Positions 8,783-18,073 of a DNA stretch of 64,000 nucleotides are shown in pieces (within the stretch, counting starts at the first letter, position 1; every line of letters begins with the position of its first letter). The stretch covers positions 62,001 to 126,000 of the IMG/VR virus record IMGVR_UViG_3300024239_000015; one strand, 5' to 3'. A model generated the notes under the pieces. The model was not told where the DNA came from, searched no databases, and saw nothing but the letters and a program-made list of their open reading frames with translations. Made by a program: the position numbers and the translations under genes.

Positions 8783-9583
8783 TTAACCGTACGTACTGGT
8801 GAGTGCGCAGTACTCGGCTTCTGAACTTATAGATGGGAACGGCGAGCGTATTAACTCACGAGCGTTCGATTCTTCGTATTTTTGTTCAAAATAAGCAGCG
8901 GACAGGTTTGCTTCTTCAGGGCGTTCTAATTGAGCATTCCACGCTTTGAGTCGTTTGATGTTGTGGTTCGTTACTCCCTTCGTGAGAAACGCAGCATCCA
9001 TACGACGACAGGGGGCGCAGTTCCCACAGCGATGGATAGTCTCTCGTTCTATAGGACACTCACACACCCACGTCGTTTCAAAGACGTTGTCTGGTGAGTC
9101 GCGTAAAATTTGTTCTTTGGACAGATAAGCCAAAGGAACTTCTAGAGGAAACTCCTCACCCCAACTCAGCTGCGACATCGCAGACCAAAGCTGTTTGATT
9201 ATAGGAAGTTTTCCTGTTTCTTCCATCAAATACCCGACTACTAACGCACTATGGCGTTCTGGGTTAAACGCCCGTGCGGCTGCAACTGCCCACGTCTGTG
9301 GTTGATTCCAGTGGGGTATTAGGCGGTCACCTTTCTTACAACAATTCCACCAGTCGAGCTCACACTCGTACTCCCGTACCGACCATGGATAGTCCTCTTT
9401 TTGCCTTATTGAAGCTAAGAACTTTTCTCTCACTTCTAACTCTTTCTTTTTCTTTAAGGGATGTACTGCCGTATGAACATACAAGACGTCAAACGGTTCT
9501 TTGTTTGAAACTAACTGACGCAGTATGTGCGTACTATCCATTCCACCACTGTACAAGACTAACTTTCTTTTCTCTGACATCAA
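8783..9583 (-). CDS. queC: QueC-like PP-loop ATPase (7-cyano-7-deazaguanine synthase family)
   Basis: PP-loop LYSGGMDS; PLAYLSKEQI; TWVC...CGNCAPC zinc site. Confidence 0.75.
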   Translation of the reverse strand: MMSEKRKLVLYSGGMDSTHILRQLVSNKEPFDVLYVHTAVHPLKKKKELEVREKFLASIRQKEDYPWSVREYECELDWWNCCKKGDRLIPHWNQPQTWAVAAARAFNPERHSALVVGYLMEETGKLPIIKQLWSAMSQLSWGEEFPLEVPLAYLSKEQILRDSPDNVFETTWVCECPIERETIHRCGNCAPCRRMDAAFLTKGVTNHNIKRLKAWNAQLERPEEANLSAAYFEQKYEESNARELIRSPFPSISSEAEYCALTSTYG

Positions 9584-9876
9584 GGTCTCCTTTCTATTGC
9601 TATTGCGTTAATTCCCACCCAGTTCCACACGACGCCGGGTTGGTCGATTAAAGGTTTAAAACTTCCAGAGTGTTTTCCGCTCGAGTGGTCGTATAAAAGT
9701 GTCACCAAACCTTCTCCAAGGGCCGTAGCGACGTTTAAATTCTTTACGAGTACCGTATTAGTGTCTAACGATTCAAAACGCTTAGCGACCCGTACAGTGA
9801 GTTGTCTTCCTTTCCCATTGGGGTACCTGACGTCCAGTCGGATACTTTTGAGTTGTAGCGCTTTGAGTAATGCCAT
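9580..9876 (-). CDS. Hypothetical protein
   Basis: 98-aa ORF coupled to the queC-like gene. Confidence 0.55.
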   Translation of the reverse strand: MALLKALQLKSIRLDVRYPNGKGRQLTVRVAKRFESLDTNTVLVKNLNVATALGEGLVTLLYDHSSGKHSGSFKPLIDQPGVVWNWVGINAIAIERRP

Positions 9877-9881
9877 GTCGC

Positions 9882-10241
9882 TTACTCAAAACGAATCCAG
9901 AAACGAACGATGTGGTACCTGAACAGATAATCGATACGTGTCCATTCTCCCGTATCTCCACGAGTGTCGTACACTCCGATGGGTTTTTGCGTCATCAGAA
10001 ATCCGTGAACGTGACCGACCCACACACGGACGACCCCCTCCAGTAACAAACGCGGTGGGTCGTATTCCGATCCCATAGCTAAGCAGTCTATTTCTGCTTT
10101 TACTTCGCTTACCCCTCTTTCTACCAACGTTACTGTAGCAGTTAACGTTCTTCCAGTGTCAATACCATACTTAAATAGTATCTGTTTTGCTTGATTCACC
10201 AGCTTCGAAAGTCGATGTACCTCAAACCTTTTTCTCAACAT
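9882..10241 (-). CDS. Hypothetical protein
   Basis: 119-aa ORF, AAGGA RBS. Confidence 0.6.
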   Translation of the reverse strand: MLRKRFEVHRLSKLVNQAKQILFKYGIDTGRTLTATVTLVERGVSEVKAEIDCLAMGSEYDPPRLLLEGVVRVWVGHVHGFLMTQKPIGVYDTRGDTGEWTRIDYLFRYHIVRFWIRFE

Positions 10242-10271
10242 GTCGTGTTCCTTGTTTGTTGCCGCATAAAG

Positions 10272-10292
10272 CGAGGGAGTGAACCTCCCTCG
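10272..10292. terminator. GAGGGAG-family hairpin
   Basis: CGAGGGAG-TGAAC-CTCCCTCG with GCATAAA flank. Confidence 0.6.
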
Positions 10293-10296
10293 TGTT

Positions 10297-10524
10297 TTAA
10301 TGTTTAACTCTGATGTGTCCTACCGTCAATCGTACTATCCACATAACAGGCCAGAGTAATATACACAAACAATACCCCCAACCTGTGTTTAAGTAGTAGT
10401 TGATCGTTCCGTAAGGCACACGACGATCGTACATACACCACCCAAAATACCAGTAGGTGACGAACTGGGATACCGCCACAATACCGTAAAGATAGAAAGC
10501 GAAACCCAACCAAACATCGATCAT
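10297..10524 (-). CDS. Small two-TM membrane protein
   Basis: Hydrophobic; AGGGAG RBS; W..YD..VP...WP pattern shared with the neighbour. Confidence 0.6.
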   Translation of the reverse strand: MIDVWLGFAFYLYGIVAVSQFVTYWYFGWCMYDRRVPYGTINYYLNTGWGYCLCILLWPVMWIVRLTVGHIRVKH

Positions 10525-10550
10525 CAGTAAACTCCCTTGTTAGAGTACAT

Positions 10551-10580
10551 CACGATAATGTATGCCTGAAACCTATTCCG
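10551..10580 (-). promoter_or_regulatory. Putative phage early promoter
   Basis: Minus strand GGAATAGGTTTCAGGCATACATTAT matches a 4-copy motif. Confidence 0.55.
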
Positions 10581-10800
10581 TCTTGTTTCGGTAACGGTCT
10601 AAGTAGACGTCTAACACACCAAAAGAGATTAGTAGTGGCCATCCTAGTACAGCCGCTAAATCTAACCAGAAGTCTTTACGGGTACGTTGTGGAGGGACTT
10701 TAGGATCGTACGTCGCCCACCACACAAACCCAAAAAGTAAAGACCCCATCACCCAGATGAATCCAACCACCAGTAATAAAATCCAAAGTAAAGTGTACAT
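10573..10800 (-). CDS. Small two-TM membrane protein
   Basis: AGGAGG RBS; hydrophobic; WATYDPKVP...GWP. Confidence 0.65.
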   Translation of the reverse strand: MYTLLWILLLVVGFIWVMGSLLFGFVWWATYDPKVPPQRTRKDFWLDLAAVLGWPLLISFGVLDVYLDRYRNKTE

Positions 10801-10818
10801 CTTACCTCCTTGCGGCTA

Positions 10819-11058
10819 TCACATGCTGAACGTAACACCACCGGAGTTTACGAAACATCCCAGCCCATTAGGAACGATCGAGTAGCTACCGTCACCGAAT
10901 TCCACTAAGTAATCCCCGACACGACCTACCCGTACAGGACCATTACCGTTGGACACTCGGACCACCGTAATACCTCCGTCGTCATCGATTTCGCGGACGT
11001 GCTCTCCTTTTCCTGCGTGAAATTTGTCAAAGTCAAACTCCCCAGTACACGGAGACAT
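10819..11058 (-). CDS. Hypothetical protein
   Basis: 79-aa ORF; GDYLV..GDGSY motif; true start may be further upstream near the GGAG at ~11111. Confidence 0.5.
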   Translation of the reverse strand: MSPCTGEFDFDKFHAGKGEHVREIDDDGGITVVRVSNGNGPVRVGRVGDYLVEFGDGSYSIVPNGLGCFVNSGGVTFSM

Positions 11059-11114
11059 AGTATTTTCACCGCAGCAACAATCGGATTGGTTCTGAATACT
11101 TTCATACCAGCTCC

Positions 11115-12008
11115 TTAACTCGCCATCGGAAACACAACCGCAGGATGTGACGTGTAGTCCAGTAACTTAAAGTCATCGGGAGTCACCCAGTTCACGACGT
11201 CGTCCCACGTACGAATCTCCGGGTTAATCCACAGCTTCGGTGGGTTATAAGGCTGACGTTCCAGCATACCCGACTCGTGTAATACATCCAGCTGGTTAGC
11301 GTAAACGTGATAATTCACACTGCGGTGATACACACGTCCCGGTTCGTGGCCAGTGATCTGTGCCATCAGACGTAAGAACATATAACACTGAGGGATGTTT
11401 GACACACAGCCCAATAAGCTGTCGTTGCTCCGTTGTGTGGGGTGTAGGTGCAACACACCTTGCTCCAAACTGAATTGGAAACCATGCATACAAGGACGCA
11501 ACGCACCTAATTCAAATAAGCCCGGATTCCAATAGGTGACTATAAGTCCCCGATCGTCGATTCCCTTCTTCAAGTTGTCGTACACACGACGGAATAAGTC
11601 GATCGTCGTACCGTCGTGCTTAGGCCAGTTGGCCGCTACCGCACCGTACACCAAACCGATGTCGTCTTCACCTTTACGGTTCGGGTTGGCTAACCACGCT
11701 TTGGTTTCATTGGCGTTAGCGTCCCAGTTTGGAGTACCTAAAGCACGGAATTGAGCAGCGGAGGTAAACTGTTTGAAGTATCCCAAGAGCTCGGCAAACA
11801 TCCGTTTGATTCCTACTTTACGAATGGTCAGTAAAGGGAAGTCATCTGAAGCAGCGTCGATGTAAAAGTCTTGGTTGATCAGCTGGATACAATCGATGCC
11901 GGTGCGTTCGTTAGGGATACGCACACCGTAGTCTAATACGTCGTGTATCGACTGGATGTATTGCTGTTCAAACGAGATACTAAATGGATTAAGACGAGGA
12001 TTGGACAT
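11115..12008 (-). CDS. thyA: Thymidylate synthase
   Basis: ERTG, FPLLT, catalytic LRPCMH, QRSND, NYHVYANQ motifs. Confidence 0.95.
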   Translation of the reverse strand: MSNPRLNPFSISFEQQYIQSIHDVLDYGVRIPNERTGIDCIQLINQDFYIDAASDDFPLLTIRKVGIKRMFAELLGYFKQFTSAAQFRALGTPNWDANANETKAWLANPNRKGEDDIGLVYGAVAANWPKHDGTTIDLFRRVYDNLKKGIDDRGLIVTYWNPGLFELGALRPCMHGFQFSLEQGVLHLHPTQRSNDSLLGCVSNIPQCYMFLRLMAQITGHEPGRVYHRSVNYHVYANQLDVLHESGMLERQPYNPPKLWINPEIRTWDDVVNWVTPDDFKLLDYTSHPAVVFPMAS

Positions 12009-12420
12009 TTGGATCTCCGATAGAAATAACTAAGGTTAAAGATTTTAAAGCTGGATCTTGGTCCGGTCTGTCCGCTAAAGCGTGGTAGTAAAAAGCCAGA
12101 ATTCCGGTTTGTTCGTTAAGCTGACTAACTTCCAGACGCATCAACGCTTCGATGTTTTTACATTGCCCTACAGCACGTAACATCGAAACCCGTTGGTTGC
12201 GCAGAGGGTTCTTCTGAATTAACGTCTGTACGCCTTGTTCTGAGTTTACTTGCCACTCAATCGACTCTACGTAAATTTCATTCACCACACCACACGCAAG
12301 CATTGGGTTGGTTGCCAACGCGATACCCAGGAGGTTGATCTGTTTCTTACCAGAATACCCTTCGAGTTGGATAGTAGTTCTTATGGTACTATCCGTCGTT
12401 TCAGTTTTCACTTTCTGCAT
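11989..12420 (-). CDS. Hypothetical protein
   Basis: Likely start MQKVKT at 12420 (AAGAGG RBS). Confidence 0.55.
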   Translation of the reverse strand: MQKVKTETTDSTIRTTIQLEGYSGKKQINLLGIALATNPMLACGVVNEIYVESIEWQVNSEQGVQTLIQKNPLRNQRVSMLRAVGQCKNIEALMRLEVSQLNEQTGILAFYYHALADRPDQDPALKSLTLVISIGDPNVQSSS

Positions 12421-12934
12421 GGGCTGGCCTCTTAATGCGTTCAAAGAAGACTTCATAACCCGTATTAATGGGGTATTGTTGATACAGACCAGGAAACTCT
12501 TTAGAGTCGATACTGACGAGTATCTCGCCTTCGGCACTTTCTTGGCGGGTAATCACTATTGTTTCGAGACCCGAACACCCAGCACGCTGGAGTGTGAATT
12601 CGAATTCCAACGGTTGTCCGACGATCAACTCGATGTCCCACGTCACCGGTGCTGTTTTCTCAATTCCATGTACGATTAACTTACGTAACCACACCCGACC
12701 TAACGTATCGTTCGTGTATGGTGTTCCGCGAGGATGTAACTCTGGTCTGTTGGTTAACGTCAGTAGTGGAGCCGGTGTACCGAATTTCAAAGGAGCAGTA
12801 TAAAATGGCTTTTCACAGTAACACAGCCCACTGGTTTCAACTAAATACATTTTGTCAACCAGAAAATGTATTTGACTATTCGTACAAACGGCGGGGATGT
12901 ATACGCGCGAATCGCTTACTTCACTAGAGGACAT
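12401..12934 (-). CDS. Hypothetical protein
   Basis: 177-aa ORF, AGGAG RBS. Confidence 0.6.
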   Translation of the reverse strand: MSSSEVSDSRVYIPAVCTNSQIHFLVDKMYLVETSGLCYCEKPFYTAPLKFGTPAPLLTLTNRPELHPRGTPYTNDTLGRVWLRKLIVHGIEKTAPVTWDIELIVGQPLEFEFTLQRAGCSGLETIVITRQESAEGEILVSIDSKEFPGLYQQYPINTGYEVFFERIKRPAHAESEN

Positions 12935-12956
12935 AAAAACTCCTAAAGCGGACAGA

Positions 12957-12980
12957 AAAGGAAGAGTTCACTCTTCCTTT
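12957..12980 (-). terminator. Intrinsic terminator
   Basis: AAAGGAAGAG-TTCA-CTCTTCCTTT. Confidence 0.65.
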
Positions 12981-12994
12981 AAACCGCGGTTTAA

Positions 12995-14170
12995 TTAATC
13001 GTTAGCTGCTTCCATCGCAGTGTCTGCAGCTAACTCTTCACGTACTTCAGCAAGCTCTTCTTGACGGGCTTGCTCTTTTGCGCGCAGTGAATCGTACAAC
13101 GCATCTAACGGTTCCATCAGGTCAATGTAACCTACCTGGAAAGGTAAACGCAAACGGGTGATCACGTAACCAGACTCATCACTCACTGGACGTACGTCCA
13201 TGTTTACACCAGGCATGCCACTGCGCTGGTCCTGAGTTAAGTCACGCACTAAGTTGATCAACTGTGGAATCTTCGCTGCGTCAGGAGTGAAACTACCGTC
13301 GGCTTCTGCTTTGAAGTACAGTGACTTCAGAATACTGTCTACTGACTCAGGGATTTCAAAACCTAAACGCTCGATCAGGTTTGTTTCTGCGTTAAAGTCA
13401 GCAAACGCATTACCTTCACCGGAGTGAGCCGCTTCGACTTCAGCCATCTTGCTGTTGAACACATCAAACAGTTGGCGTAACGCACCAGCTGCTTGACTGG
13501 TGGCTTCCATCTGTGCGTACTCAGCATCGACTTGAGCAGAAGGACGGAAGGTAGGCTCTTTGAAGTTCACAGACTTCAACCATTTGCCTTCAGCGATCAT
13601 CTCACCGTTGAACAGCTGTTCTTTCGCACTGCGAGTAATCCAGAACGTCTGACCAAACAGTGTCTGTTGAATCTGATACGTTTCAACATTCAATGCTTCG
13701 TATTTCGCTTTGGTCTTTGCTGCGTCTTCTTCGTTACGATCGAACTTCGATACGTTGGATTGACACACTGCAGCTAAGTCTTCGTCTGCGTTCCAGCCTG
13801 CTAAATGCACACCACCGTACACAGTGAATAACACATCAGCGTAACCATCACGGATTTGGAACAGCGCGTGGGAGTATTCGGCATTCAGGTCTGGGTCAAA
13901 CTGGACATCTTCAGCGGACGGAGTAGTACCACTTTCTGGAGTGTGTTTTGCCCACACAGCGGCGATACGTTCTTTTTCTGCGATCACTTTAGGCTGTAAC
14001 TCAGCAGCGATAGCTAACCAATCGACCAGCTCTTTCATTTCAGAGTTGATGATCTTCTGTTGGTTTTGTAACACCTTAAAGTAGTTAGCGTCAGTGTGTG
14101 CTGCAGCAGCCACCTGACGTGCTTTACCAGCGATCGTGTTAATACCAGCAACTTGCATGAAATTTGACAT
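12995..14170 (-). CDS. MazG/PRA-PH-like NTP pyrophosphohydrolase with C-terminal extension
   Basis: INSEMKEL...DGYADVLFTVYG...VCQSNVSKF...GKWLKS signature. Confidence 0.75.
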   Translation of the reverse strand: MSNFMQVAGINTIAGKARQVAAAAHTDANYFKVLQNQQKIINSEMKELVDWLAIAAELQPKVIAEKERIAAVWAKHTPESGTTPSAEDVQFDPDLNAEYSHALFQIRDGYADVLFTVYGGVHLAGWNADEDLAAVCQSNVSKFDRNEEDAAKTKAKYEALNVETYQIQQTLFGQTFWITRSAKEQLFNGEMIAEGKWLKSVNFKEPTFRPSAQVDAEYAQMEATSQAAGALRQLFDVFNSKMAEVEAAHSGEGNAFADFNAETNLIERLGFEIPESVDSILKSLYFKAEADGSFTPDAAKIPQLINLVRDLTQDQRSGMPGVNMDVRPVSDESGYVITRLRLPFQVGYIDLMEPLDALYDSLRAKEQARQEELAEVREELAADTAMEAAND

Positions 14171-14214
14171 GGGTCTTTCTTCCTTTTCTCAGAGTGTGTT
14201 TTAGTAAAGTTTAC

Positions 14215-14261
14215 AAAAAAATAGTACTACGACACTAGATAGACTGGTGTCGTAGTTTTTT
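14215..14261. terminator. Bidirectional terminator
   Basis: ACTACGACACTAG-ATAGA-CTGGTGTCGTAGT flanked by A- and T-tracts. Confidence 0.75.
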
Positions 14262-14264
14262 ATT

Positions 14265-14564
14265 TTAACGTAAGTGCTCGGGTACGCTGTCGATTTGACG
14301 GAGTGATTTCTGGTACTGTTGCTCGTGGAAATACTTCAGAGCTTCAGGTGTAGAAAGCCAACTTCCTAGCCCTTTAGTGTGTGTTGGTTGTTTCAGACTC
14401 CAATCGAGGGTTTCTTCGATAACGAAAAGTGGAAGTTCGGGTCTAGTAAACACGATTTTAAAACCGTGTTCTCCAGCTTTTAAAGTTTCTATACGACGGG
14501 GTTCTTCGGGAGGATCGGACATTAGCGCTGTCTTTACACTACGAGCGGTTTGATTCAATTTCAC
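14265..14564 (-). CDS. Hypothetical protein
   Basis: 99-aa ORF, GGAG RBS. Confidence 0.5.
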   Translation of the reverse strand: MKLNQTARSVKTALMSDPPEEPRRIETLKAGEHGFKIVFTRPELPLFVIEETLDWSLKQPTHTKGLGSWLSTPEALKYFHEQQYQKSLRQIDSVPEHLR

Positions 14565-14685
14565 TACTCAGTCTCCCTTTATACACCGGTTGTCCCTTAC
14601 GAAACACGGTGACGTTCCACTGCGCTTTAGGTTGTACGGTAGGTTGGCTTAAACGTAATAAATGTTGGTGGAATTTGTTTAACAT
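14539..14685 (-). CDS. Small 48-aa ORF absent from the ORF track
   Basis: MLNKFHQHLLRLSQPTVQPKAQWNVTVFRKGQPVYKGRLSSEIESNRS; GAGG RBS; fills the intergenic gap. Confidence 0.45.
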   Translation of the reverse strand: MLNKFHQHLLRLSQPTVQPKAQWNVTVFRKGQPVYKGRLSSEIESNRS

Positions 14686-14692
14686 ACGCCCT

Positions 14693-14995
14693 CTATTGTC
14701 CTGCTGATTTTAAAACACACACATGCGCATAGCCTGCTTGCAACAGTCTTGAATGCGTGCTATTTTCGGATTGGTCTTCTACCGTGATCTTACTAAAGCT
14801 AAACGTCTCACACAGCCTTTTAAAGAACTCACACGCAAAGGTAGACGAGAGCCTTTGTTTACTCTTTAAACGCACCACAAGCTCTCCTACGCATGTTTCA
14901 AACGGTGGGAAGTCTACCCCACTCACCGCTTGTTCGACGTGCTCTGTAGACAGTGACTCTGGGAGGTCTCGTAAGTCAATTTTTAACTTTTTCAT
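14693..14995 (-). CDS. Hypothetical protein, weak STAS-like/DUF4325 resemblance
   Basis: Likely start MKKLKID (AAGGA RBS); LSSTFACEFF recalls the SSSF motif. Confidence 0.4.
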   Translation of the reverse strand: MKKLKIDLRDLPESLSTEHVEQAVSGVDFPPFETCVGELVVRLKSKQRLSSTFACEFFKRLCETFSFSKITVEDQSENSTHSRLLQAGYAHVCVLKSAGQ

Positions 14996-15056
14996 ACCGT
15001 ATCCTTCTGTAAGAGGGCATACGGAGGAGGACTCCCTCCATCCGTACACCGTAAGC

Positions 15057-15746
15057 TTAAAGTGCTGGGTCTTCCTCATTGGCTAAGAAATACTCTGCGA
15101 TACTTTCTGGGGTATGACCTGCAGCAATGTACGTGTTGAGTTTGGCTTCATCCATATACACCACCGACAGTGACGTCTCTGGTGTGGCTCCTTGGTAGTT
15201 CGCACAGGCAAAGACCACACGGTCACTGGTGTCAAACTGAGCATACGTTTGTTGTAACGTATAGATCAACCAGCACACCCGACGGTAGAGTCGTAATGTA
15301 TTGTTCGCGATCGTCGCTTGCTCAGCAGAGGTGGTTTTCTTTGTGATCACGTGTAAACGACTGAGTACCCCAGCGAGTAAACACAACCCCGCCATCGAGT
15401 GCTGAGAGATTGGAAAGTGATCCACCCACTCCCCAGCGGTGTTCTTAAAGACTTGACGAACAGGGAACTGTGTGTTCAGCACAGGGTTGTTGTACCGTAC
15501 GTTTAAGTAAAGCGCTAACGCGTAACCACTGGGTAAACCCGCAATCGCGGTGGGGTCTAATGTTAAACCGTAAAACAAACTATTGGCATCAAGCGCCAAC
15601 TGTTTCAAGTCGTCATCCGTGCGGTCATACGTCAACAACTCTTCAAACAAAGTTTCGGTAGGTTGTTGGTATCCAGCTTCCGGCGGGACCGTAGGTAAAG
15701 TGACCCACGTTTTGAGTAACGGAACGATTCGAATTTCATAAGCCAT
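15057..15746 (-). CDS. Hypothetical protein (probably early)
   Basis: AAGGAG RBS; lies directly downstream of the early-promoter motif. Confidence 0.65.
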   Translation of the reverse strand: MAYEIRIVPLLKTWVTLPTVPPEAGYQQPTETLFEELLTYDRTDDDLKQLALDANSLFYGLTLDPTAIAGLPSGYALALYLNVRYNNPVLNTQFPVRQVFKNTAGEWVDHFPISQHSMAGLCLLAGVLSRLHVITKKTTSAEQATIANNTLRLYRRVCWLIYTLQQTYAQFDTSDRVVFACANYQGATPETSLSVVYMDEAKLNTYIAAGHTPESIAEYFLANEEDPAL

Positions 15747-15780
15747 CAGGTAGCTCCTTGTAAAGGTAGTAGTTCTCTAT

Positions 15781-15810
15781 AGTGATGATGTAGATCTGTT
15801 TTAAATTCCA
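15781..15810 (-). promoter_or_regulatory. Putative phage early promoter
   Basis: Minus strand GGAATTTAAAACAGATCTACATCAT. Confidence 0.6.
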
Positions 15811-15821
15811 TCCGCACACAG

Positions 15822-15854
15822 CATAGAGGGAGGGTGTAACCCCTCCCTCGTATG
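15822..15854. terminator. GAGGGAG-family hairpin after the protease gene
   Basis: CATAGAGGGAGGG-TGTAA-CCCTCCCTCGTATG. Confidence 0.65.
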
Positions 15855-15860
15855 TCGTAC

Positions 15861-16601
15861 TTACCACGTATGGCTTCCAGAAACCTTCGCGACGTTTAGC
15901 GTAGCTTTTTGGTAACTCCCCACCGTTTCGTTCAGTAGACTCTGTGCTGACTCAAAGCCTAACCCTAAGGTGTGGACTTTCTTCTGAGCAGCCAGTAAGA
16001 CTTCCAATGGAACGTCTAAGTCCATACAGACCGATTCCAGTGCAGGAGATGCAAACTTATTCGCAGGACGTAACCCAGGTTCTGACACCCAATCCCACGT
16101 TAAGATCGTATCCAAGTACTTGATGCGCCGTACGTCATCGTCTCGTGTGAAACTACGAATACTAAACGCGACGTTCTGCTCTGGGTTAGACAACGCTTCC
16201 CGTAGCGCAGGACCCATTGGACCTGACGGTTTGACTTTCCCCATGATCAACACCGCACCGTTGTGCAAGTGTTTCTGTGAGTAGTCTAACCACACTTTAG
16301 AGATATGGTGAGAGATGTTCGTCTCTTCCAGGGTATGCACCCGCACCATGTAATCGTCGTACGTCATCCCAGGAGCACGTTTCGGATGGCCACACTCACC
16401 GGTGAGGTAGCCGTCTTGCACCCGACGCATAAACGCACTGGACTCCGCAAAGAGATGCAACGCCCCTTGCAATGCGTAGGTGTAGCCTACGGAGTTTGGG
16501 TACTCCAATGCACCGAGGATCACGGTGTAGTACCCTAAGTGGTCGGGCGTGAGCTGCCCTGCTTTATTCGTCCCATTTAAGGCCGTACATTGAAACTTCA
16601 T
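15861..16601 (-). CDS. Prohead (capsid maturation) serine protease, phiKZ gp175-like
   Basis: GECGHP (His), AFSIRS (Ser), TWDWVSEPG; synteny with the gp178/180/181 block. Confidence 0.88.
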   Translation of the reverse strand: MKFQCTALNGTNKAGQLTPDHLGYYTVILGALEYPNSVGYTYALQGALHLFAESSAFMRRVQDGYLTGECGHPKRAPGMTYDDYMVRVHTLEETNISHHISKVWLDYSQKHLHNGAVLIMGKVKPSGPMGPALREALSNPEQNVAFSIRSFTRDDDVRRIKYLDTILTWDWVSEPGLRPANKFASPALESVCMDLDVPLEVLLAAQKKVHTLGLGFESAQSLLNETVGSYQKATLNVAKVSGSHTW

Positions 16602-16603
16602 AC

Positions 16604-17335
16604 CTAAAACTCCTTGCTTTGTGGGGTATGCTCTAACGAGAGCAACGACACCTTTAACTTCTTACGCTTCGTGTACTCGTCTTTGGACAGCGTCTGCACG
16701 CTCACGTGGTCAGAGTCAAGATTCCAGAACGTATCGCTCTTTGCGCCTTTGACTTTGATCTCGTAGTAACCAGCCTCTACTTTTCGATCTGGAGACACCC
16801 AAAGCTCAGTACTGCATTCTAAGTACAAGGTAAACTCATACTGGAATTTCTGATCCCCAAATCGCTCCGTTTGGGTTTCATCCAACCAGAGCTTTCCAAT
16901 GACGTCAGGGGTGATGCTGTAGCGACGACGGTTGTACCCTACCAGCCAATGCTCGTTGGTTTTCACGACGTCACTTAAAAGCTTCACGTCAGGTTTCAGT
17001 GCTAAACGATACGGTAATGCGTAGATATAATACCCGCCTTTAAACCCGTCGTTCTCCCGATCCCCCCATAGAAAGTCCCACAGGACGTTTCCATACCCTA
17101 CTACACACTCTAGTACTGAGAGACTCACACAGACTCTCGGTAAGCTGGTGTCTTCAACGTTCGCTGAGCGTGCAGCCACACGAGGTGTAAACTCTTTGAT
17201 CCCACTGTCTTTGGAGATGTGCAGCATCACGGGGTGTTCAGCAGTGCGTTCCACAGGAGTCACTAAGTTACGTTTATCAGGAAACGTAATCTTCAGGAAT
17301 TGCTCCAGGTCTTTGTAGTCTTTCGTAAAGTCCAT
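16604..17335 (-). CDS. Putative virion head protein
   Basis: In the protease operon; C-terminal SLE protease-type site. Confidence 0.55.
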   Translation of the reverse strand: MDFTKDYKDLEQFLKITFPDKRNLVTPVERTAEHPVMLHISKDSGIKEFTPRVAARSANVEDTSLPRVCVSLSVLECVVGYGNVLWDFLWGDRENDGFKGGYYIYALPYRLALKPDVKLLSDVVKTNEHWLVGYNRRRYSITPDVIGKLWLDETQTERFGDQKFQYEFTLYLECSTELWVSPDRKVEAGYYEIKVKGAKSDTFWNLDSDHVSVQTLSKDEYTKRKKLKVSLLSLEHTPQSKEF

Positions 17336-17344
17336 TCGCTCCTC

Positions 17345-18067
17345 CTAAAGCCGTAGTAACTTTTCTGTCCCTTCCACACGCTCAGAAGGATTCACTAACG
17401 CACCGATTAAACCTTCATCGTAGTACGCACCCATCAACCGTGAAATCGTACTCGTCGCACTGTAGAGTACACTACTAAAAGGAACAAACTCGTAGTTGCG
17501 TTTCTCTAAGTCTGCTGGTGTTTCTAACGTGTGTCGCCAGTACTGCTTCTTATTCCCAGCCACACGCGTCATCACTGCAGCCATCAACTGAATTACAGTA
17601 CGGTCAGCCCCCAAACGAACCTTGTTGTACACGCCTGCACGACCGTACAAGTTACCTAAGTCAAACGGAGTGAAATACCAAGGCACATACCCAGAGGCAA
17701 TAAAGAAGTCAAAGATCTCATACGTGATGGTATCACGTACGATCACCTTGCGGGTAGGAAACACCACACTGTTGGGTGCAAAGTAAAACTCAATGTACTC
17801 CAGTTTCCCTTGGGTGTATCGACTACTCCCCGTAGGAGTGATCTCCACCAGTGTCGTGATTTTAGAGACCGCGTACGCGTCTCCAGACTGAAGCGCAAAA
17901 ACACCGAGGACGAAGGTCTCGTCCCCGAATGCTCCTAAGCCTTTCTCAAAGTACTTGGCTGGGACGTGTAACCGACACCCTGTGGTGGTGATCACACTCC
18001 CATCGTCCAACGTCTTCAACGTCTGGTTTACGCGCACTGCGTCTCGTTTGAGTGCGAGTAAATCCAT
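17345..18067 (-). CDS. Conserved virion-associated protein (phiKZ gp176-like by synteny)
   Basis: Position between the protease and vRNAP beta; size matches. Confidence 0.55.
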   Translation of the reverse strand: MDLLALKRDAVRVNQTLKTLDDGSVITTTGCRLHVPAKYFEKGLGAFGDETFVLGVFALQSGDAYAVSKITTLVEITPTGSSRYTQGKLEYIEFYFAPNSVVFPTRKVIVRDTITYEIFDFFIASGYVPWYFTPFDLGNLYGRAGVYNKVRLGADRTVIQLMAAVMTRVAGNKKQYWRHTLETPADLEKRNYEFVPFSSVLYSATSTISRLMGAYYDEGLIGALVNPSERVEGTEKLLRL

Positions 18068-18073
18068 ACGACG

